NCBI GenBank assembly: GCA_903834855.1
Contig: CAILKS010000022.1
Span: 1 to 43,007 of the forward strand
Direction: 5' to 3'
Origin: an uncultured bacterium
GTDB taxonomy: Bacteria > Patescibacteriota > Minisyncoccia > Phycocordibacterales > UBA5272
Length of the DNA stretch: 43,007 bases
Under the pieces are notes generated by a model, which saw only the letters and a program-made list of their open reading frames with translations, searched no databases and had not been told where the DNA came from. The translations under genes and the position numbers were made by a program. Shown here in pieces: positions 35,731-43,007 of the stretch. Every line of letters begins with the position of its first letter. Position 1 is the stretch's first letter.

Positions 35731-36243
35731 ATGAAAGCAACTATTAAAAAATATCTATCAAGTATAGTCTATGGTGGGTCAGATGGTGCAGTTTCTTACT
35801 TTACATTAATGGCTGGAGCTTACGGTGCTGGATTATCAATTAAAATGCTAATAGCAATTGGAGTGTCTAATGTTGTTGCTGATGCATTTTCTATGGCTAC
35901 AGCAGACTATTTATCAGAAGATTCTAAAATAAATATCACAGAAAAAGAAGAAGAAACAAGTGCTGTTGTAACCTTCATTTCCTTTATACTTATTGGCTTC
36001 TTCCCACTAGCTCCTTCTTTATACGCTTATTACACACTACCACCTGATGCTACATTGCCTTTTTCAATGTTTTTAGCTTCCACGATACTTACATTATTTA
36101 GTTTCACTTATATTGGATATTTAAGAGGAAAAATTTTAAAAAGAAATTTATCTCATACGATTATACAATCTATAATTATTTGCTCTATTTCTGCAGTAAT
36201 TGCTTATTATCTAGGAGAATATATAGCAGGGTTAGTTAATTAA
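35731..36243 (+). CDS. VIT1/CCC1-family transporter
   Basis: VYGGSDG, ADAFSMATADYLS, SFILIGFFPL. Confidence 0.88.
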   Translation: MKATIKKYLSSIVYGGSDGAVSYFTLMAGAYGAGLSIKMLIAIGVSNVVADAFSMATADYLSEDSKINITEKEEETSAVVTFISFILIGFFPLAPSLYAYYTLPPDATLPFSMFLASTILTLFSFTYIGYLRGKILKRNLSHTIIQSIIICSISAVIAYYLGEYIAGLVN

Positions 36244-36267
36244 GTTTTCTATAGTAAAAAGGGAAAA

Positions 36268-37131
36268 TTATTTTTTAAGTAACGCGTGTTTATTATCATA
36301 AATAGCACTGATTGCAAAAGAAATAACCATAATAAGCCCACCTGAGATCTGAATAATAGAAGTGGCTTCAAAGAAAATAAACCAAGCAACTATTCCACCA
36401 ACAAGTGGCTCAACTACACCATCATACATACTCACCATCATTTCATTACTATGTTTACTAGACCATTGAATCAATGTATACGGTAATGCAGTAAATATAA
36501 TAATTAGAATAACAAAATGTGACGTTATATCTTTTGGTACAACAAAATCATAACCGCTAAAAAACATATAAATACCAGATAAAACACTCACAGTAAGAAA
36601 CTGTTGAGCACAAAGAACACTTAAATGCACACCGGACTCCCCTTCATACCTCTCTGACATCAAGAAATAAAATGCCATAAAGAATGCTGACATAAGCAAG
36701 AATAAATCACCAAACCCTAAACCATCTAATCCTCCTACCAAGAAATACATTCCAATACCAGCCCCGAGAAGCGCAAGAGTATCAATTAAGGTAACTTTAT
36801 GTTTATAAATTATATAACCAAGATAAGGAATAAATAACATTCCTAAATTTGAAATAAAAGATGTGTTCGCTGCTGTACTTAAATGAAGTCCATACATTTG
36901 AGATATTTCCATAACTGTAATCAAAGAGCCTAACAGAATACCCTCTCTTATTCTATAAAAAATATTTTTCTTTTTATAAACCGAGTAGATAAGAAAAATA
37001 ATACCGGTAAGAAGAAAATTATAAAAAGTAAATGTTACTGGATCTATAAAATCAAGAATTCCTTTTTGAAATGCAAAGGAAGATCCCCACAAAAATGCTA
37101 CGAGGACTATTGCTAGTTTTGTTTTATTCAT
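36268..37131 (-). CDS. DMT/EamA-family transporter
   Basis: LWGSSF, about 10 TM segments, GD motif, EPLVG. Confidence 0.88.
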   Translation of the reverse strand: MNKTKLAIVLVAFLWGSSFAFQKGILDFIDPVTFTFYNFLLTGIIFLIYSVYKKKNIFYRIREGILLGSLITVMEISQMYGLHLSTAANTSFISNLGMLFIPYLGYIIYKHKVTLIDTLALLGAGIGMYFLVGGLDGLGFGDLFLLMSAFFMAFYFLMSERYEGESGVHLSVLCAQQFLTVSVLSGIYMFFSGYDFVVPKDITSHFVILIIIFTALPYTLIQWSSKHSNEMMVSMYDGVVEPLVGGIVAWFIFFEATSIIQISGGLIMVISFAISAIYDNKHALLKK

Positions 37132-37140
37132 AAAATATAT

Positions 37141-37569
37141 TTAACCTTTTATAAATCGTAGTGTATCACTTAATAGTAATCCATTTTTAAAATCTTCTGC
37201 CAAAGATCTTGGCAAAAGCATATTTTCCTCACTTGGTGAAATAAGTTTTATCTCACATATTTCAAAACTGTGAGTTCCTTTAAGATTTAAAATATCAGTA
37301 TAATCGCCACTATTTGTAACCTCAAAAAAGAATTCGATGTTTTGAGTATTCTCTTGTATCCAATTATTTACATAAAGAAGTCTACCTAAAACTGGTTCAA
37401 TTCCAAGTTCTTCTTTTATTTCACGTCTCATCGCCTCTTCTATATTTTCACCAAATTCTAAATGACCACCAGGAAGAGCGACGTATGAATCAGTCGGTTT
37501 ATGTTTAACGACAAGAAGTTTACCTTCAATAAGGATAATCGCTCTTAATCTAATTAAAGTGTTTTTCAT
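37141..37569 (-). CDS. NUDIX hydrolase
   Basis: Nudix box GGHLEFGENIEEAMRREIKEELG. Confidence 0.92.
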   Translation of the reverse strand: MKNTLIRLRAIILIEGKLLVVKHKPTDSYVALPGGHLEFGENIEEAMRREIKEELGIEPVLGRLLYVNNWIQENTQNIEFFFEVTNSGDYTDILNLKGTHSFEICEIKLISPSEENMLLPRSLAEDFKNGLLLSDTLRFIKG

Positions 37570-37595
37570 ATTTTTGAATTATTCCAATACACTAT

Positions 37596-37817
37596 TTATA
37601 ATAGCCATATTTTCCAAAATTCTTTTTTATCAATTCCTAATTCATTAAGAATGGCTTTAAATACTATTTGGCTCACTTCTTTATTCGCATGTTTTGGAAC
37701 GGTAATTAAAGAAACTCCTTTCTTATACTGAACATGGCTTCCTTTTATTCTGACAATAATATATCCAAGACTTTTAAGAATTCTATCTAATTGTCTATAT
37801 GTAGGAATATTAGGCAT
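37596..37817 (-). CDS. HicA-family toxin (start re-assigned to 37817)
   Basis: L..LGY..VRIKGSH.QY, ITVPKH, AIL.ELGI. Confidence 0.9.
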   Translation of the reverse strand: MPNIPTYRQLDRILKSLGYIIVRIKGSHVQYKKGVSLITVPKHANKEVSQIVFKAILNELGIDKKEFWKIWLL

Positions 37818-38028
37818 ACAGCGGCAACAGCACAACTGATGTCTCAAAAGATTTTTTTATAGATGTAATCCCCTCCACGTGTAGAAGAACTGCTTCTCTC
37901 ATTTTTTTTATAACACCTTCATATGTATCTGCTTCTGTAGCACAAACCCCAGGTAAACCAACCGCAACAGCAGAATATCCTTTTTTTTCTTTGATTACTT
38001 GTATGGCAACTGTACTTAATTGTTTCAT
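37810..38028 (-). CDS. Short HicB-family antitoxin (start re-assigned to 38028)
   Basis: GYSA...LPGVCATEADT.E.....REAV.LHVE; overlaps the hicA start. Confidence 0.88.
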   Translation of the reverse strand: MKQLSTVAIQVIKEKKGYSAVAVGLPGVCATEADTYEGVIKKMREAVLLHVEGITSIKKSFETSVVLLPLYA

Positions 38029-38190
38029 ATATACAGAATACCACGAGTTACACAAGTCAACAATAATATTTAAAAACATGTGAAATTACCTATTCGTATT
38101 TTAGTAAACGTCAGCCTAGTCAGAAATTAGATGAGATACGCCGTTGATTTTTGAAAAATATTTTAGCTTGTACGTTAAAAACTACGTCAG

Positions 38191-38312
38191 CCGAGCCAAA
38201 ATTTGGATGGAATCCGAAGTTGTTTTGCAAAAAAAGTTTGGAGATGTACTGACTTATACATTGAAACACTTTTTTTGTAAAACGACGAGGAGTACGCCAA
38301 ATAGTGGCTCGG
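38191..38312 (+). repeat. ~120-nt hairpin-family repeat (partial copy upstream at ~38121-38186)
   Basis: ccgagcca/tggctcgg base, GGATG/CGCC, apex GGAGATGTA..TACATTGA. Confidence 0.85.
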
Positions 38313-38318
38313 TGTTTC

Positions 38319-39209
38319 TTACTTACTGTAAAGCTCCATCTTGGAGCGTACAACCTTGGACATCTCCTCTTGCCCCATCTTCCCAAACTTATAAGGTGCA
38401 ACCTCAAGTGGATTTTCATCCATATATTCTTTTTCACCATCGCGGAAAGCTTTACGAATTTCTGTATTTATGTGAACAATAGCAATTCCGGCATCAATTG
38501 CCTTAATTAAATCTTCATCAGTGTTTCCACTCGCTCCATGAAGTACAAGAGGTACATCAACTGCGCGAGAAATATCACTTAATCTATCTATATGAAGTGC
38601 TGGCTCTACAGCATTAATTAACATGCCATGAACATTTCCAATAGCTGGTGCGAACATATCAATACCAGTTCTTAAAATAAAATCTTTTGCTTGTTCTTTT
38701 GTTGTTAAATTTTCTTCACTTACTCCCTCAGGCAATGATTCATTAAGTGATGATGACTGTCCAATATATCCAAGCTCTGCTTCTACCAAAACTTTTTTTC
38801 CAGTTTTTGCTTCATAATTTCTCACGTAATCCACACATTTTTTAACCAAAGCCACATTTTCTTCATATGGTAATTTCGCACCATCTACAATTACACTGTC
38901 ATATCCAGCTTCTACGACTTCAACTACTTTATTAAAAGAATATGTGTGATCAGCATTTAAAAAAACTGCCACATTATATTCTTCATTTAATTCATCAACA
39001 ATTTTTCTTATCATATCTACCCCCATATAATTTCTCTCACCTTCACTCGCTCCAATTATCACTGGCTGACCTAATTCTTCTGCGACTTCTACTATCGCAC
39101 GCGCCTGATCCAGATTTGAAATATTAAAATGAGCGATAGCCTTACCTGCCTGTTTATATTCATGTATCATTTCAAAATAAACTTCTGATTGTGGAACTAA
39201 TGACTTCAT
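38319..39209 (-). CDS. fba: Class II fructose-bisphosphate aldolase
   Basis: HFN, NADH, SVIVDG, VEAELG, GNVHG, PLVLHGASG, INTE. Confidence 0.9.
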   Translation of the reverse strand: MKSLVPQSEVYFEMIHEYKQAGKAIAHFNISNLDQARAIVEVAEELGQPVIIGASEGERNYMGVDMIRKIVDELNEEYNVAVFLNADHTYSFNKVVEVVEAGYDSVIVDGAKLPYEENVALVKKCVDYVRNYEAKTGKKVLVEAELGYIGQSSSLNESLPEGVSEENLTTKEQAKDFILRTGIDMFAPAIGNVHGMLINAVEPALHIDRLSDISRAVDVPLVLHGASGNTDEDLIKAIDAGIAIVHINTEIRKAFRDGEKEYMDENPLEVAPYKFGKMGQEEMSKVVRSKMELYSK

Positions 39210-39265
39210 ATCAACAAAGTATAGCAGAACTATTAAAAAGCTCCGAGACTACGTACCTAAAATAT

Positions 39266-39350
39266 CTAATTACCTAATTTCTAAGGTCTAATAAAAATGC
39301 ATTAGTATCTGTATTCTATTAGGTCAATTAGATATTAGGCCTTAGACCTT
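39266..39350 (-). repeat. Second, inverted copy of the 11565-11656 element
   Basis: Hand alignment gives about 10 substitutions and one gap over ~86 nt. Confidence 0.88.
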
Positions 39351-39414
39351 TTCTTTATAACTTTTTACTAGTTCTGCACAATAAGAAATAACATAGTTGT
39401 GATACCATAAGTGT

Positions 39415-40407
39415 ATGGAAAAGTCTTATGACATAATAGCAATTGGAGATACGGTTGTTGATGTATTTATCAAACTTGATGTTGGTCATGTTCAAGAAAC
39501 AGCAACTGGAGCTGAATTATGTTTACCTTATGGTGCCAAAATCCCATATGTTTCTGCAGTTCCAATCCCAGCTGTTGGGAATAGTGCAAACGCTGCAGTG
39601 TCTGCCTCACGACTTGGACTATCAAGTGCTTTAATTACATTTTTAGGAAAAGATGAACATGGGAAGGAATGTCTAGATAGATTAAATGAAGAAAAAGTTA
39701 GTACAGAATTTATTACACAAGAAGATGGTAAGCCAACAAATTATCATTATGTACTTTGGTATGGAGATGACCGTACAATATTAATAAAACATGCGGATTT
39801 TCTTGAAAAATTACCAGAAAACCTTACTCCACCCCAATGGCTTTATCTTTCTTCTCTTGGTGCTCATACTGAAGAATTTCATGATGAAATTACAGATTAT
39901 GTAGAAAAAAATCCCGATGTAAAACTTGCCTTTCAGCCAGGGACTTTCCAATTAAAAATTCATGATGAATTAATTGATTTATATAAACGAGTAGCAGTAC
40001 TTTGTATGAATAAAGAAGAGGCGCAGGAAATTTTAAAAACTCCTGATGAACACGAAATGAAAATGTTGCTTGATGGATTAGAATCTTTTGGACCAAAAAC
40101 AGTTATCATAACTGATGGCCATAGTGGCGCTTATATGAAATATGAAAATACATATTTCAATATGCCGATATTCCCTGACATTGCCCCTCCACTTGAACGT
40201 ACTGGCGCTGGGGACGCTTTCTTTTCAACATTCATTTCATATCTTGCAAAAGGATTTGACCCAGCATATGCAATTAGACGTGCTCCAATAAATAGTATGA
40301 ATGTCGTGCAACATGTCGGTGCTCAAGAAGGACTTTTAACAGAATCTGCGATTGAAGAATTATTAAAAAAAGCTCCGGAGGATTACCAACTAAAAATACT
40401 GGAGTAA
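39415..40407 (+). CDS. PfkB-family carbohydrate kinase
   Basis: GNSANAAV..SRLG, NKEEA, ITDG..GA, RTGAGDAF. Confidence 0.93.
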   Translation: MEKSYDIIAIGDTVVDVFIKLDVGHVQETATGAELCLPYGAKIPYVSAVPIPAVGNSANAAVSASRLGLSSALITFLGKDEHGKECLDRLNEEKVSTEFITQEDGKPTNYHYVLWYGDDRTILIKHADFLEKLPENLTPPQWLYLSSLGAHTEEFHDEITDYVEKNPDVKLAFQPGTFQLKIHDELIDLYKRVAVLCMNKEEAQEILKTPDEHEMKMLLDGLESFGPKTVIITDGHSGAYMKYENTYFNMPIFPDIAPPLERTGAGDAFFSTFISYLAKGFDPAYAIRRAPINSMNVVQHVGAQEGLLTESAIEELLKKAPEDYQLKILE

Positions 40408-40418
40408 TAAAGCTTTCG

Positions 40419-40447
40419 TTGACAATTAAAGACCTGAGGAGTAGTAT
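40419..40447 (+). promoter_or_regulatory. Near-consensus sigma70 promoter
   Basis: TTGACA-N17-TAGTAT. Confidence 0.7.
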
Positions 40448-40511
40448 CAAGTCGGTTCTATATTTTGTTTAAAGAACTAAGTTGTAAGTTTTGTTTAAAA
40501 GGAGAATTATC

Positions 40512-41018
40512 GTGAACTTTATTTTTATAGCTTGTCTTGTGTTTCTTGTTCTTTGTTTCTTTGACTTCCTCGTAATAAGGAAACGTAAAGGGAAATTTTT
40601 TCCATTTGGCTTCTTTGTTGGTTTTGTATTACCTGGATTTGTGTGTGGAGTAATCCTGGCCGTATTTATGGGTGCACTCGCCGACAAAGAAGATCGTATG
40701 GTCTCTTTTACGCCGATTGTGAGCATGAAAAATGTCCAATCGGAAAAAGGGTCATACTTTCTAGCTAGCGGTAATAGCTGGACCGCACCCTATTACGAGT
40801 ATTACAAAAAAACGGCCTCTGGTTATCAGCTAGACCGCATAAATGCCGATACTGAAGGCATCACCATCACCGAATCAAATACCTTGCCCCCGACACTCAA
40901 AGTCTACGAAACTTTCGTGACGAGAGAGTATCGGAATTGGTCTTTCTATCTCAGTGACAAAAAATACCAATTTACTGTCCCTGAAGGGACACTCAAAAAG
41001 GGATTTAATTTGAATTAA
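40512..41018 (+). CDS. Hypothetical membrane protein with two N-terminal TM segments, solo SD-led gene
   Basis: AAGGAG upstream of GTG 40512; own promoter and terminator. Confidence 0.7.
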   Translation: MNFIFIACLVFLVLCFFDFLVIRKRKGKFFPFGFFVGFVLPGFVCGVILAVFMGALADKEDRMVSFTPIVSMKNVQSEKGSYFLASGNSWTAPYYEYYKKTASGYQLDRINADTEGITITESNTLPPTLKVYETFVTREYRNWSFYLSDKKYQFTVPEGTLKKGFNLN

Positions 41019-41040
41019 TTCAACAATCCTTGCCCAAACG

Positions 41041-41067
41041 AAAAGCCCCGCAACGCGGGGCTTTTTT
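41041..41067. terminator. Bidirectional intrinsic terminator
   Basis: aaaagccccgc-aac-gcggggctttttt between convergent genes. Confidence 0.85.
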
Positions 41068-41077
41068 AATGTTTAAA

Positions 41078-42058
41078 TTACACCACTCTCTTAATTTTCT
41101 CCACAATATGTTTTGCAGATAATCCATACTCATCATAAAGTTCTTGCATCTTTCCACTCTGACCAAATCTATCCTCAACTCCAATACGAATTACTTTCAT
41201 TGGATTATGTTCCGCTAAATATTCTGTTACAGCACTTCCTAGTCCACCGTTTGACTGATGTTCTTCTAAAGTCACAACTGCTCTAACCCCGCGAGCAAAT
41301 CTCAAAAGAAAAGCTGTATCGAGTGGTTTAACTTGTGGCATATTCACAACCGTAACACCAATGCCTTCTTTTTCTAATTCCTTTGCTGCTTTTATCGCTT
41401 CATAAATAATAGGCCCACAAGCAACTATTCCGACTGATAATCCAAACTCTCCTTCTTTTCTTTTTGGAACATACATTATATAAGCTTTCTTTGGTGAAAA
41501 ACTATAATCATCAGGAAGAATGAGTGGGGTATTCTCACGAGTTAAACGTAAATAAGCCGGTGTTTTTGTCGTTGCAATATATTTTGTAATCTCTCTGGCC
41601 TCAACTGCATCACAAGGAACATATACTTCCATATTTGGAATCAATCTCATAAGCGCTATATCTTCTAAAGCTTGATGAGTCGCACCATCAGGGCCAACTG
41701 ATATACCAGCATGTGCTCCAACTATTTTTACGGGTACATTATTATAAGCAATAGTGGTACGAATTTGTTCCCAATTTCTTCCAGGAGAAAACATTGCATA
41801 ACTCGCCATAAAAGGAATTTTTCCCATTGAGGCTAAACCACTTGCCACTCCTGACATTGCTTGCTCTGTAATTCCCATTTCAAAAAATCGTAAAGGAAAT
41901 TTATCTTTAAATAAATTCATTTTTACACTATCGGTTAAATCTGCACAGAGCGCAACGACACGTGAGTCTTTTTCTCCAGCAATAACCAAACCATCACCAA
42001 ATCCTTCACGGGTTGATTTTTCTTCTTCTTTTGGGGTAAATAAAGTTGTGCGTAGCAT
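41078..42058 (-). CDS. Transketolase, C-terminal subunit
   Basis: ADL, GITEQ, EQIR, HAGISVGPDGATHQALED, PAYLR, EEH..GGLGS. Confidence 0.93.
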   Translation of the reverse strand: MLRTTLFTPKEEEKSTREGFGDGLVIAGEKDSRVVALCADLTDSVKMNLFKDKFPLRFFEMGITEQAMSGVASGLASMGKIPFMASYAMFSPGRNWEQIRTTIAYNNVPVKIVGAHAGISVGPDGATHQALEDIALMRLIPNMEVYVPCDAVEAREITKYIATTKTPAYLRLTRENTPLILPDDYSFSPKKAYIMYVPKRKEGEFGLSVGIVACGPIIYEAIKAAKELEKEGIGVTVVNMPQVKPLDTAFLLRFARGVRAVVTLEEHQSNGGLGSAVTEYLAEHNPMKVIRIGVEDRFGQSGKMQELYDEYGLSAKHIVEKIKRVV

Positions 42059-42063
42059 ATATT

Positions 42064-42930
42064 TTAGGCCTCTCCGTGGGTTATTTTTCCACGTAAAGTC
42101 CTTATCTCTTTCAATGCAATTTTTGCCAATTCTTCATCTGGAGTTTTTCCATGCCATCTATAATCTCCCTCGATTGAAGAGATTCCTTTTCCTGGAATAG
42201 TGTGAGCAATAATTACCGTTGGTTTATCGAGCGAACTTTTTGCCATTCCAACAGCGTGAACAATATCACGAAAATCATGTCCATTTATTTCAATAGCATG
42301 CAAATTAAAACTTTCTATTTTATCTTTCAAAGATTCCAGTGGTAAAACTGTTTCTGTATAACCATCAATCTGAATAGTATTTCTATCGATAATAGTTATG
42401 ACATTATTTACTTTAAATTTACCGAGATGAAGTAACGATTCCCACACTTGTCCTTCATTCATTTCTCCATCACCCATTAAACAATAAATATATCTCTCTG
42501 GTTTATGATTATCTATTCTATCAGCAAGTGCCATACCAATTGCCTGAGATAATCCGCAACCAAGTGGACCAGATGTTACTTCAACACCAGGAAGTGATTC
42601 ACGGTGTGGATGCCCTTGAAGACGCGAACCAAACCTGCGCAATGTTTTAAGTTCAGATACAGAAAAATATCCAGCATGAGCAAGTGAAGCATATAAAACT
42701 GGTGCGATATGACCATTAGATAAAATTACTCTATCTCTTTCTTTCCAAGCTGGATGTTCTGGATTGTGATTAAGTAATCTAAAATATAAACATGTAAAAA
42801 TATCCGCCATATCAAGTGAACCAGCAGTGTGCCCACTCTTCGCCTCAAGTAACATTTTAATTATACTTTCACGAATATCCTCAGCACGAAGAGTTAGCGC
42901 TTGTATTTCTACATCAGTGATTGAATGCAT
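42064..42930 (-). CDS. Transketolase, N-terminal subunit (start re-assigned to 42930)
   Basis: SGH, RDRVILSNGH, LQGHP, GDGE..EGQVWE TPP motif, GKG..WHG; TGCTATACT 7 nt upstream of ATG 42930. Confidence 0.93.
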   Translation of the reverse strand: MHSITDVEIQALTLRAEDIRESIIKMLLEAKSGHTAGSLDMADIFTCLYFRLLNHNPEHPAWKERDRVILSNGHIAPVLYASLAHAGYFSVSELKTLRRFGSRLQGHPHRESLPGVEVTSGPLGCGLSQAIGMALADRIDNHKPERYIYCLMGDGEMNEGQVWESLLHLGKFKVNNVITIIDRNTIQIDGYTETVLPLESLKDKIESFNLHAIEINGHDFRDIVHAVGMAKSSLDKPTVIIAHTIPGKGISSIEGDYRWHGKTPDEELAKIALKEIRTLRGKITHGEA

Positions 42931-42951
42931 GAGTATAGTATAGCAGAAATA

Positions 42952-42991
42952 CAATTTTCAATTTTCAATTTTCAATTTTCAAAGTGGATAC
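42952..42991 (+). repeat. Heptamer array (TTTTCAA)4 abutting the transketolase promoter
   Basis: caattttcaattttcaattttcaattttcaaagtggatac. Confidence 0.9.
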
Positions 42992-43007
42992 GAAATACCT
43001 TAATAAT

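Noticed and set aside
38120..38510. ORFs 38120-38440, 38144-38482 and 38304-38510
   Set aside because: They span the hairpin repeat and the fba 3' end, so they are most likely spurious.

Overview
Low-GC bacterial chromosome segment. Gene content and architecture suggest Patescibacteria/CPR, Parcubacteria-like (inference). Core genes: rnhB, intein-containing dnaE, secG, family-5 ABC substrate-binding protein, rnj, MFS, pseudouridine synthase, degenerate Ddl-like protein, FKBP, class I nrdAB, uvrC/uvrA/uvrB, murE plus a FemABX gene, tgt, malic enzyme, fba, a PfkB kinase and split transketolase. Accessory genes: two type II TA pairs, a Mesh1-like HD hydrolase and several solo ORFs. The most unusual signal is non-coding. 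(1) Many short arrays of degenerate 7-nt repeats from several sequence families occur as inverted arms with a shared inner AAATAC/GTATTT boundary. They bracket a four-helix-bundle (IVP/Avd-like) gene and also sit in frame inside dnaE, tgt and a collagen-like gene. (2) A separate ~120-nt imperfect-hairpin repeat family has at least 7 copies, with covarying stems and conserved internal loops. (3) Two promoter-to-terminator units lack a convincing ORF and are candidate sRNAs. Many core genes appear leaderless. I saw no rRNA, tRNA, CRISPR array, transposase or reverse transcriptase. All alignments were done by eye and no database search was run.
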